A stretch of DNA of 35,377 nucleotides. Source: an uncultured Clostridia bacterium (GTDB taxonomy: Bacteria > Bacillota > Clostridia > TANB77 > CAG-508). The stretch is from the NCBI GenBank assembly GCA_944386375.1, contig CALXAW010000001.1:1-35377 (forward strand), in the 5' to 3' direction. Made by a program: the position numbers and the translations under genes. The notes under the pieces are model-generated. The model worked only from the letters and a program-made list of their open reading frames with translations, ran no database searches and had not been told where the DNA came from. Position 1 is the stretch's first letter. The number at the start of each line of letters is the position of its first letter. Positions 17,329-27,000 of the stretch are shown piece by piece.

Positions 17329-18597
17329 ATGAGAAGAAATCAAAGAAACTATAAAAGAAAAAAATTAGTAATAAAAAATAAAAAAGCATTTGCAAGGTCA
17401 GTATCAATTTTATTAATAATAATTGGTTTGTGTATGGCAATTTACTTTGGAAGATCTATATTTAAAGAAAAATTTGTTATGCCAGTATTTTCCACAGAGA
17501 CCTCACAAACTACTCAAAACGAAACCCCTGAAAATGCAGAAGAAAAAGAAGTGCCAGAAAACGCAACATTTACTATGGCAGTAACAGGTGACATTATGTG
17601 CCACAACACCCAATACAAGGACGCATATGATGCTACTACAGGAACTTATGACTTTTCATATGTATTTGAAGATGTAAAATATTATATACAAACAGCAGAT
17701 ATAGCAATTGGCAACTTAGAAACCACATTTGCTGGAAGCGAAGTAGGTTACAGCAGTTACCCAACATTTAACACACCAGAAGCATTAGCATACAACTTAA
17801 AAAATATAGGATTTGATGTATTAACAACAGCAAACAATCATAGCCTAGATAAGGGCTACTCTGGATTAGAAAGTACTATAAATTACTTAGACGACGCAGA
17901 CATTGCACATACGGGAACTTTTAACTCACCAGAGGCGCAAAACACCATTTTATATAAATATGTTAAAGGTGTAAAAATAGCATTTTTAAGTTATACCTAC
18001 GGAACAAACGGAATCCCTGTTCCATCTGGTAAAGAATATTGTATAAATTTAATTGACAAAAACTTAATAGCTAGTCAACTAGAACTTGCCAAACAAGAAA
18101 ATCCAGACTTAATATGTGTAAGTATGCACTGGGGCGAAGAATACCGCACAACACCAAATGATACGCAAAAAGAATTGGCAGACTTTTTATTTCAAAATGG
18201 TGCTGATATAATTTTAGGAAATCACTCACATGTATTAGAACCTATGGAAAAGCGTACAATCACATTAGAAGATGGCACAACCAAAGACGGCTTTGTAATA
18301 TATTCTTTAGGAAACTTTATCTCTGGACAAGTTAAAGAATTAACAAAAGACACAGCAATATTAAATTTAACAATAACTAAAAATGGAGAAACAGGAAAAA
18401 TAACTATAGATAACGCAAGTTATATACCTCTATATATGTACAAAAGCTCAGCTTCAACAAAAGCATTTAAATTATTGGACATAAACAAAGAAATTTCTGC
18501 ATACGAAGCACAAAGTCCAGAAGCAGTAAGCACAACTGTTTATAATACACTAGTTAGCGAATTAGGCAAAATAAAAAAAATATTAGGAGAACAATAG
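17329..18597 (+). CDS. capA: CapA family protein (PGA_cap metallophosphatase-like) with an N-terminal TM anchor.
   Basis: Motifs: MAVTGDIMCH, TANNHSLDKGYSGL, HWGEEY, GNHSHVLEP. RBS GGGGTGA. Confidence 0.85.
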   Translation: MRRNQRNYKRKKLVIKNKKAFARSVSILLIIIGLCMAIYFGRSIFKEKFVMPVFSTETSQTTQNETPENAEEKEVPENATFTMAVTGDIMCHNTQYKDAYDATTGTYDFSYVFEDVKYYIQTADIAIGNLETTFAGSEVGYSSYPTFNTPEALAYNLKNIGFDVLTTANNHSLDKGYSGLESTINYLDDADIAHTGTFNSPEAQNTILYKYVKGVKIAFLSYTYGTNGIPVPSGKEYCINLIDKNLIASQLELAKQENPDLICVSMHWGEEYRTTPNDTQKELADFLFQNGADIILGNHSHVLEPMEKRTITLEDGTTKDGFVIYSLGNFISGQVKELTKDTAILNLTITKNGETGKITIDNASYIPLYMYKSSASTKAFKLLDINKEISAYEAQSPEAVSTTVYNTLVSELGKIKKILGEQ

Positions 18598-18600
18598 AAG

Positions 18601-19290
18601 ATGGAAAATAAAAACTATTACGAATGGTTAGAAATAAGCAAAAATGCCTCTCCAGAAGTTATAGAAAAAGCATATAAAGCACTAGTAAAAAAATATCATC
18701 CAGACTTACAAGAAGGAGAATCAAAAAAAGAGGCAGAAGAAATTATAAAACACATAAACGAAGCATACGAGGTCTTATCAGATGCAATAAAAAGAGAAGA
18801 GTATGACCACACATTGCAAGATGATACAGTATCAAAAGAGGATTATGATAAATTAAAACAAGAACTTAATAATGTAAAAAATAATCAAAATTATAATACA
18901 AATAATATATATTACGAACAAAATCAACCTACAAATAATCCTTCTCAAGAAGATTTAAATCAAATATTACAAGAAGAACAATTTCGTAGAGAACAAGAAG
19001 AACTAGAATATAGAAGACAAGTAGAAGCTGCAAAACAAAAAGCTTACCATGATGCATATATTCAAGACCTAAAAAATAGAGGATATAAAATAAAATATAA
19101 AAAAAGTTTTAAAGATTATTTAGCTGGAATAATAACAATAGCTGTAATTATACTTGTTTTTATTATATTATGGTACATTCCACCTACACACAATTGGTTT
19201 GTAAGCTTATACGAAAGTAACCCTATTATCAAAATAATAGTAGACATTTTTAGAAGCTTTATACATACAATAACAAGTATATTTGAATAA
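18601..19290 (+). CDS. Membrane-anchored J-domain protein.
   Basis: NYYEWLEI...AYKALVKKYHPDL is a J domain with an HPD motif. An N/Q/E-rich linker follows, then a C-terminal TM helix (IITIAVIILVFIILWYI). RBS AGGAGAA. Confidence 0.8.
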   Translation: MENKNYYEWLEISKNASPEVIEKAYKALVKKYHPDLQEGESKKEAEEIIKHINEAYEVLSDAIKREEYDHTLQDDTVSKEDYDKLKQELNNVKNNQNYNTNNIYYEQNQPTNNPSQEDLNQILQEEQFRREQEELEYRRQVEAAKQKAYHDAYIQDLKNRGYKIKYKKSFKDYLAGIITIAVIILVFIILWYIPPTHNWFVSLYESNPIIKIIVDIFRSFIHTITSIFE

Positions 19291-19295
19291 GAAAT

Positions 19296-19337
19296 TCCCA
19301 TATGAACTTTACTTTTTAGTTTATAGTTCATATGGGA
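19296..19337. terminator. Bidirectional terminator hairpin between convergent genes.
   Basis: tcccatatgaac - 18 nt loop - gttcatatggga forms a 12-bp stem, followed by gtttttt on the plus strand. Confidence 0.6.
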
Positions 19338-19342
19338 GTTTT

Positions 19343-21010
19343 TTAGTTTATTTTGTTAAACAATTTACTTTGCCATTTTTTAATGCATCTATCTAATATA
19401 ATAAATGCTAATAAATATATTAAAAATTCTGCAACTAACGCAACCATTACATTAGTCTCTTTAAAAAAAGTAGCAATATACATTAATATTAGCACATTTA
19501 CAATCATAAAAGCATACTGAAAAAATTTATTATCACTTTTTTTAACAACTGCATATTCTGTATTCCAATCTAAATTAGGTCTGCGTAAGTCTACAATTAA
19601 CATTAAATAACTATTTATAAAATTAATTACAGTGGCTATAACAAATAGCATTAATATATACACCCAATTTATTTGTGGTAATACATACCAAATAACACCT
19701 AAAGCTACTATGGTTATACACAAATTAAGTACAATTTGTGGAAAACTTTTATACAAAAACTGTTTATACAATTCTACTGGAATATACTTAATAACTTTTG
19801 CATTTTTCCCTTCTCTAGATATTGCTGTTAATGACAAAGTAGACAAACTAAACAATACCTGTAATGCAATTAATATCGGACATGCAGACTCCATATTAAA
19901 CGAAAAGCTTTGTATTGCATTTTTTATTTCTTCATTTTCCATAATTTGAGACCACACAGGAAATATAACATAACCTATCCCTAAAAGTGTTATTAATACA
20001 ATAATTATAGGTAAACAACACTGCATAAAAAATATTGGCTCACGTATTAATAATTTTAAATCCTTTTGTATATATGCTTTAGCTATTCCACTAGACTTTT
20101 TTAATTCTTTTTCTTTTATTTTTTTAGTTTGTTTTTTAGTATAAGTAGACATACTTTTTAATACATCTTTTAAATATGTAAATTTTCCTATTAATACAAA
20201 TACAGCAAAACTTAATATATTAATTAACAATATTTTTGCAAAATTTGCTATTGTTTCTAAGCTTGCCGGGTTTGCTAAGATGTTTGCACTTGGATTTATT
20301 ATTAGCAAATAATTATTTACACTTTGCAAATTTTCACTTAAGTTAACTCCTTCTTCTAACTCTTGTATATTATAATTTTGCGGAATTACAGTCTGCAAAA
20401 ATACATATTCTAATACACAAACAATTGCAACCATAATAAATGTAACTGCAAATTGAAATAAGTTTTTATTTTTTATAAAACGTACAAACCTCATAATAAT
20501 TAATGTTAATATACTTATAAATGTTGCTATTAATATCGGAAACACTGCTAATATTAATAGCTCCCATATATAAAATAATAAATTTGCTTGTGTCATAAGT
20601 CCAAACAATGTAAATGGAACAACAGCACAAACCGCTTCTGTTGCATACATCATAGTTAATAATGTTGCTAATTTTGCTACAAGCAACTCTACTGGCTTTA
20701 TTGGCATATAAAATACCTTTTCTATATCCTTAGAAAAGAAAAATACATTTACACAAATAATTATTGTTTGAAATAACAATATTATTCCTATAACTAAAAA
20801 ATATAAATCCAAAAATACTCTTTCTTGACCAATTTCTATTAAAAACTTTATCATTTTATGGCTTAAATATGTTATAGCTATAAATAATAATAATATCATC
20901 CAAAAAAATATAGACCTTTTATTAAAACCGCTTTTTTCTTTATCAAATATAGGTAAACTCTGATAAAAGTCTTTAATAAAAACTTTAGATAAACTAATTA
21001 CTTTATTCAT
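19343..21010 (-). CDS. Large polytopic permease-like membrane protein (putative ABC-exporter-type permease). No partner ATPase is adjacent.
   Basis: About 12 or more hydrophobic helices in two halves, separated by a basic loop (TKKQTKKIKEKELKK). The start MNKVISLSK at 21010 follows GGAGAG; the ORF track extends to 21088. The family call is tentative. Confidence 0.6.
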   Translation of the reverse strand: MNKVISLSKVFIKDFYQSLPIFDKEKSGFNKRSIFFWMILLLFIAITYLSHKMIKFLIEIGQERVFLDLYFLVIGIILLFQTIIICVNVFFFSKDIEKVFYMPIKPVELLVAKLATLLTMMYATEAVCAVVPFTLFGLMTQANLLFYIWELLILAVFPILIATFISILTLIIMRFVRFIKNKNLFQFAVTFIMVAIVCVLEYVFLQTVIPQNYNIQELEEGVNLSENLQSVNNYLLIINPSANILANPASLETIANFAKILLINILSFAVFVLIGKFTYLKDVLKSMSTYTKKQTKKIKEKELKKSSGIAKAYIQKDLKLLIREPIFFMQCCLPIIIVLITLLGIGYVIFPVWSQIMENEEIKNAIQSFSFNMESACPILIALQVLFSLSTLSLTAISREGKNAKVIKYIPVELYKQFLYKSFPQIVLNLCITIVALGVIWYVLPQINWVYILMLFVIATVINFINSYLMLIVDLRRPNLDWNTEYAVVKKSDNKFFQYAFMIVNVLILMYIATFFKETNVMVALVAEFLIYLLAFIILDRCIKKWQSKLFNKIN

Positions 21011-21131
21011 TACAACTCTCCATATTATTAATATTGTATTAAATTTATGGCTAATATATATACTAGAACGGTTCTTGAATGTAACCATTTAATAATAATT
21101 ATAACATCTTATAATATATTTGGTCAATTTT

Positions 21132-21169
21132 ATTACGAATTTTTGACGCATCCGTCACTTTTTCGTAAT
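21132..21169 (+). repeat. 38-bp direct repeat DR1 (internally palindromic) upstream of the DUF4143 ATPase cassette.
   Basis: attacgaatttttgacgcatccgtcactttttcgtaat matches 22619-22656 at 37/38 positions. Outer 8-bp stem attacgaa/ttcgtaat plus inner 5-bp stem tgacg/cgtca. Confidence 0.85.
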
Positions 21170-21200
21170 GGTTTTATATTGGCCTGAAGATATTTTTGTT

Positions 21201-21292
21201 AAATGTTCAATAATTTCACTGATAAATGTTCAGCAAAATCACTGTTAAACGTCCACCAAAAACCTTGACAAATATTCAATCATTTAGTAATA
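21201..21292 (+). repeat. Four tandem degenerate 23-bp units overlapping the ATPase promoter.
   Basis: u1 aaatgttcaataatttcactgat, u2 aaatgttcagcaaaatcactgtt, u3 aaacgtccaccaaaaaccttgac, u4 aaatattcaatcatttagtaata. By hand alignment u1/u2 match 18/23, while u2/u3 and u1/u4 each match 14/23. Confidence 0.55.
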
Positions 21293-21293
21293 T
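21265..21293 (+). promoter_or_regulatory. Sigma-A-type promoter of the DUF4143 ATPase gene.
   Basis: TTGACA (21265-21270), 17 nt, TAATAT. An overlapping TATAAT sits at 21291-21296. AGGAGG RBS at 21300-21305. Confidence 0.5.
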
Positions 21294-21313
21294 AATATTA
21301 GGAGGTGCGTAAG

Positions 21314-22594
21314 ATGGCTCTAACTAAGCAAGATTATAAGCCACGATTAATAGATCAAAAAATAGAAAGATATATACAAGTATTTGGTGCTTTATGTATT
21401 GAAGGACCAAAATGGTGTGGAAAGACATGGACATCACTAAACCATTCAGAAAGTGTAACATATCTTACAGAAACAGAAATAAGAAACTTGGCAGAAGTAG
21501 ATCCAAAATACATTTTTAACAAATTAAGACCGCAACTTATAGACGAATGGCAACTAGTTCCAGAAATTTGGGATGCAGTTAGGCACGAATGTGATGAAGA
21601 TAATAAAAAAGGAAAATTTATTTTAACAGGTTCTACAACATTGAATAACGAAAGTTCTAAAAAAGTCTTTCATTCTGGTGCTGGTAGAATTGCAAGATTA
21701 AAAATGTATACCATGAGTTTATTTGAATCTGGTAATTCCACAGGAGATGTCGCAATTACAGACATGCTAAACTCCACAGTAAATTTAGGTTATATTAGAA
21801 AAGTAGAGCTTCAAGAACTAGCAGAGTATATTATTAGAGGCGGTTGGCCTGCTAATATTAACACAAACATAAATGATATAGACCTAATACCAAAAAGCTA
21901 CATAGATTCCATTTTAAATGCAGATATAAATGACGAAAACGGCAAGCAAAGAGACAAAAATAAGATGATGATGATACTTAAATCACTTGCTAGAAACGAA
22001 AGTACACTAGTAGGTGCTAAAACAATTATAAAAGATATAGAAGAATTTGAAAATAATGATGAATTAATAAAAAGTAGAACTACAATATTAGATTATATAG
22101 ATTGCTTAAACAGGTTACATTTAATCGAAAATCAAAATGCATTTAATTTAAACTATCGTTCTTCTGATAGAGTAGGAAAAGTTGCCAAAAGACATTTTAC
22201 TGACCCATCACTTGCCAGCGCATGCCTTAATTTAACTATAGAAAAACTATTATTAGACCACAATACTTTTGGATTATTATTTGAAGCTCTAGTTGAAAGA
22301 GATTTAAGAATTTATATGGATTATTTAGATGGAAATTTATATCATTTTAGAGATAATACCTCTGGTGATGAAATAGATAGTATATTAGAATTTAAAGACG
22401 GTGAATATGCTACTATAGAAATAAAATTAACTTCAAAAGGAATTGAAGATGCAAAAAAAAGCTTAACAACTTTTTATAATAAAGCAAATAAAAAGCCAAA
22501 ATTTATGTGCATTATAGTTGGACACTTTGAAGCAGTTATGCAAGACCCTGAAACAGGAATATACATAATCCCTATAACCTCTCTAAAGCCATAA
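21314..22594 (+). CDS. AAA_14 ATPase with a C-terminal DUF4143 domain.
   Basis: Walker A is GPKWCGKTWT. LIDEWQLVPEIWDAVR is Walker B-like, followed by FILTGS. The C-terminal GLLFEALVERDLRIY is typical of DUF4143. ATG 21314 lies 8 nt after AGGAGG; the ORF track start is GTG 21305. Confidence 0.85.
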   Translation: MALTKQDYKPRLIDQKIERYIQVFGALCIEGPKWCGKTWTSLNHSESVTYLTETEIRNLAEVDPKYIFNKLRPQLIDEWQLVPEIWDAVRHECDEDNKKGKFILTGSTTLNNESSKKVFHSGAGRIARLKMYTMSLFESGNSTGDVAITDMLNSTVNLGYIRKVELQELAEYIIRGGWPANINTNINDIDLIPKSYIDSILNADINDENGKQRDKNKMMMILKSLARNESTLVGAKTIIKDIEEFENNDELIKSRTTILDYIDCLNRLHLIENQNAFNLNYRSSDRVGKVAKRHFTDPSLASACLNLTIEKLLLDHNTFGLLFEALVERDLRIYMDYLDGNLYHFRDNTSGDEIDSILEFKDGEYATIEIKLTSKGIEDAKKSLTTFYNKANKKPKFMCIIVGHFEAVMQDPETGIYIIPITSLKP

Positions 22595-22618
22595 AGTTTG
22601 ATGTACAATACAATTTAC

Positions 22619-22656
22619 ATTACGAATTTTTGACGCATCCGTCTCTTTTTCGTAAT
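22619..22656 (+). repeat. 38-bp direct repeat DR2 downstream of the DUF4143 ATPase cassette.
   Basis: attacgaatttttgacgcatccgtctctttttcgtaat. The same caattt motif lies 1-2 nt upstream as at DR1. Confidence 0.85.
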
Positions 22657-22675
22657 ATTCTTTCATGTTATATGA

Positions 22676-22702
22676 AAAGGGCTCCTTTTATAGGAACCCT
22701 TT
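22676..22702 (-). terminator. Rho-independent terminator ending the T4SS operon.
   Basis: Minus strand: aaagggttcc-tataaaa-ggagcccttt (one mismatch) followed by tcat. It lies 23 nt after the stop of the last T4SS gene. Confidence 0.6.
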
Positions 22703-22724
22703 AGTTATTCTAATTATTTTATTC

Positions 22725-24065
22725 TTACTCAAAGCTAAATGACATTACAAAATCTGTACCCTCTTGTAGTTGCATAATTATTGTCATTGGTTTACTCTCA
22801 TTTTTATTTAATGTATTTGTTACTGTTACTTTGTATATATATGTTTCTCCCTCTTGTGAAAATTCATCATAACTAATATCATTATAACTGTATAAATTAT
22901 TTTTTATAGCATTTTCAAAATCTTGCTGTGTTTTATAATAGTTAGACTTAAACGAATCTGCTAAAAGCTTATATGCATAAGTATAGTCTTTTGTATTTAT
23001 TGCATCTATAAATAATTCAATATTCATACCCACTTTTTCTTGAGCCCCGCCTGAATTATATCTTTCTAAAAATTCTGCTTGCTGTATTGTATGTGCATCC
23101 AATAATGCCGTAAAATCCATTATACTTTTTTCATTAAATATATAATAATTGCCCTTATTGTCTATGCATATAATATTTCTTACATTATTATCATTAGCCA
23201 CTACTTGATATTTACTTAATGCTACTGAAGAAATCTCTTCTCTATTATCATTTACATACTGTGCAAATACCTCATAATTTCCAAATCGTTTTTCTTTATA
23301 TTCTGTATCTAAATATTCATATGCTAATTCAGTACGAGCTAATGTCATTCTTTTAAAGGTATTCATATATTCTCTAGCAAGATACTCATAGTTAATTTTT
23401 GCTTCTTCTATAACATTATTGTCGTTTTTTTCAATTGGATTATTATTATTAATTATTTCTATTTCATTTATGTCAGTATATTCCCTATTTATTAGTGGCT
23501 CAATAGCAAATGCTTTATTAGCTAAATCATAGTTTACCAATAAATATATATCTCTTATATAGTTATTATTAATATCTGTTAAAAATCCATATACTGCATA
23601 TTTTTCTATTTTATCTGCTCTTAATACATTCATTTTTAAAGGAACAAATATTACATCGTTATCTATTTTATCAACATAATTTCTAACATTTTCTGCGTTA
23701 ACATTGTTATTTTCTATATATTCATTACTTAATATATCACATATATATCCATTAATTTCTGCTTCACTAACAACGAGCATTCTTTCATTATTTTCATTTG
23801 TAGTATAATATCTAGAATTATTTATATTTATAATATCTAAATAACTATTAACACAATTACTTATTGTAAAAAATTTAATATTATCCACTAATTGCATTGT
23901 TGTTTCTTTTTCGTAATCTATTACTACTCCTGGGTCTCCAACCTCTGCTATATTTTCTCCATTACCATAGGAGTCTGTATTCAATTTTAATATTATTAAA
24001 ATAACTATTATAATTATTACTACTAATATACTTAATAATATTATAGCTTTTTTTAATTTTTCCAC
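22725..24065 (-). CDS. Bitopic T4SS-associated protein, a TcpC/VirB8-like candidate (TM plus NTF2-like domains).
   Basis: N-terminal TM helix (AIILLSILVVIIIIVILIIL). The C-terminal segment ELFIDAINTKDYTYAYKLLADSFKSNYY...YIYKVTVTN...IIMQLQEG has the NTF2-like cone pattern. GTG start after AGGAGG. Last gene of the operon. The fold assignment is an inference. Confidence 0.55.
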   Translation of the reverse strand: MEKLKKAIILLSILVVIIIIVILIILKLNTDSYGNGENIAEVGDPGVVIDYEKETTMQLVDNIKFFTISNCVNSYLDIININNSRYYTTNENNERMLVVSEAEINGYICDILSNEYIENNNVNAENVRNYVDKIDNDVIFVPLKMNVLRADKIEKYAVYGFLTDINNNYIRDIYLLVNYDLANKAFAIEPLINREYTDINEIEIINNNNPIEKNDNNVIEEAKINYEYLAREYMNTFKRMTLARTELAYEYLDTEYKEKRFGNYEVFAQYVNDNREEISSVALSKYQVVANDNNVRNIICIDNKGNYYIFNEKSIMDFTALLDAHTIQQAEFLERYNSGGAQEKVGMNIELFIDAINTKDYTYAYKLLADSFKSNYYKTQQDFENAIKNNLYSYNDISYDEFSQEGETYIYKVTVTNTLNKNESKPMTIIMQLQEGTDFVMSFSFE

Positions 24066-24083
24066 TTATCACATACCTCCTAT

Positions 24084-27000
24084 TTAGTTTATAAATCTAT
24101 ATACTCTAGTGAATGGATTATAATCTGATAAAGATGTTACACATATACCAGATGATGGACTAGCTGCATGTACATATTGCCCATTTCCTAAGTAAATAGC
24201 AACATGTCCAGATGACCATAGCACATCTCCAGGTTCTAGGTTATTTTCACTCAAATTTGTTGTATAATTTGAATTTCCATAATCATATGTTGTGTTTCCT
24301 GGATTAATTCCAAAAAACTGTTGATATAATCTACTTACAAAGCTTGAACAATCATAATAAAATTCTTCATATCTAAGAGCTTGGCTATATTGATATTTGT
24401 CATCATCCGCTATTCTTAATGCCTCATTTAACATTTGTATCATTCTGTTTTTATTATTTTCTGAAAGTGAAATTTCTCCAATTCTGCTGTCTGCTGATGC
24501 TCCACTTGGGGCTTCTTGGTCTTTAAACATATTATAATATTTTTGTGCTTCACTTAATCTTTCAGTCATATGGGGATCACTTGGTCTTTCAAATGTCCAA
24601 CAAAATGCAATCGTTGCTTGTTCTACTGTTGTAGCATTAAAAAAATCTGATGGTGTATATCCATTATATGATAAAAATTGATATTCTGCAAAACCATCTG
24701 CTCCTCCATATGGATTAAGCTCACCAAGTAAAAACTCTATTTGTAAATTTTCATCAGTCCAACTAGTATTTCTGCTGGCCGCAAATTCCTCTAACTTGGT
24801 TCTTCTCGGACCTGTCCATTGACATAATCCTATACCCGCACCAGAACCTATTTCTATGATAGATGGATCAAATCCACCAGATTCCCAAGCTATATTTCCA
24901 AGTACACCAGCCGCCTGTTCTTTGCTATAGCCTATATCTAATAATGCAAACCAAAGTTTTTCTTGTATACTATTTCCAACAATTCCAGAAACGTCAGAAA
25001 AATTAGCTTCTAAAAATATACTAAAATCAAAATCTGTAACACCATAATCTGTATCTGTTGCTTTATATAATAGATATTTTATTAAATCTAATATTGTACC
25101 ACTTGTTGATTCCTTATGTTCCATTATTTCAAATAACCAACTAGCTGCAGACCTTATGTTACTTCTTGTTCCCATTCTATCAGATTCATTAAATAATGTT
25201 ACAAAATTTGGTGCAGTATGTTCGTCAACTTTTTCTGTTATTATTGGCGTTCCTTTTATATATTTTCTAACTTTTATATTATTTGTTACATTATCTGTTT
25301 GTCCTACATACCTATAATAATATGTAAGGTCTATGTCTTGAGTTACTCTAGCAATAGCACTCATATCTGCTCCTTGCCCTATTCCATTTTCTCTTCTATC
25401 TTCACTCCATTTTTTCTTTACTTCTTCTTTTGCTGATTCAATTTCTTCACATGTATAGTCCTCATTTGGTCCTTGCTTTTTCTCAAGAAATTTATATTCT
25501 TGATCTTCTGGTTTTAATGTACCATTATTGTTATTTGAAGTTTCTACAGCTAAAGTATATTCTTGTCTATAATCCATCATCCACACATCTGCTCTAGTAA
25601 GAGCTATTGTAACAGTATTTGTAGTTGTAACAACTTCGTTCTGTATATAGTAATATGCAACATCATCTACTGTATCATCTGTATGCTCTACTTCACTTTC
25701 TTCTTTATTATTATTTTCGCCTTCTTCTTGTTCATTTTCAGTATTATCATTATTATCACCATTTATTATATCATCTACTTCTTCTTGAGTTGGTGGCTCT
25801 TGGTCTAAGAGATCTTCTATTGTAGTTGCTGCTATTTTTTTATTACTAACTACTTCTACTGCCGATGGTTCCAAGGATAAACTTCCTGTTTGAGTTCCAT
25901 CTGTTTCCTCGGCATTATTATTTTCCTCAGTATTTTCTCCATCTGTATTTTCTGTCTGCTCTCCGCCTCCCATAATTGGATCAGGTTCTCCCTCGTGTTC
26001 GTGTTTTTCCACTTTTACCTCAGAAGTTGTATTTCCACCAGTTGCTGTAACAGTTCCCTCTACTTCAACTTTTTCTTGATATCCATATGTCCAATTATCT
26101 ATATTAGTATTAATTGTTATATTATCAAAAATTGTTATTTCAATTGTACTATTATATGCTAAATCTGCCATATCAAATACAAAACTCTTATCCTCACCTA
26201 TTACTAGCAAAGACCATAATAAATCAAATGGCATAGTAAGGTTTTGCACATATTCTTCATAATTAACTTTAGTTATTGATATTGAAGACTTTGTTGATGT
26301 TATCGTCCCATTAACTACAGATACTTCTTCATTTGTCCCTTTTTCTGCTTCTCCATCTGCTACAACATCTATTCCCATATCCTCTGTTGCTTGTTCCCAG
26401 TTATCATCTGTCCATGTAAAACTTCCATCTACTTGTGTCCAAGTTCCAATAACTGCATAATACCCATGTGTTTTTCTCGTTGATGTTGATGTTGAGCTTC
26501 CAGAATCTCCACCTATTGCAGATATTATACTATCATACCATATTTTGTATCCCTCATCAGTCAAGTGATAACCAGTACTATCTGAATATTTAAGCCAACC
26601 ATCACTACCTTCTATGTTTGATGCAACTTCTAAAAATTCAACATTTTCTTTACCATTACAATAATTTCTTATAGTCCCATTATATGTATCTATTTTATTA
26701 TTTAACTCTGATGCAGATATATATCCTGAATAAGTACTTGCTACATGAGCCACTTCAACTACATATATTTTTTTATTTGGATATTGTTCTTTTAATTTAT
26801 CTATTAATGTTTGCATCGAAGTAGCACTATCTGGATTATTCAAACCTAAATTTAATACTATAGCACTTGCATCTGAATAATTATTAATATTTATAATGTT
26901 TCCATCATCATTTAGAAAATCATTTGCAGTTGCTCCTTGAATTCCATCAAAGTATGTTGTATCAGCTATCCCTTTGCCACTTAATCCTTGAATCCATGAG

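Larger units (their letters stand above)
21132..22656 (+). mobile_element. Candidate single-gene cassette: DR1, iteron-like repeats plus promoter, AAA_14/DUF4143 ATPase, DR2.
   Basis: Two near-identical hairpin-forming 38-mers in direct orientation bracket one self-contained gene. The gene lies on the opposite strand to both neighbours. No recombinase lies inside. Confidence 0.35.

Noticed and set aside
21132-22656. The direct repeats flanking the ATPase could be integron attC sites.
   Set aside because: There is no GTTRRRY/RYYYAAC core, no intI-like integrase or attI nearby, and only a single cassette. The repeat architecture differs from attC.
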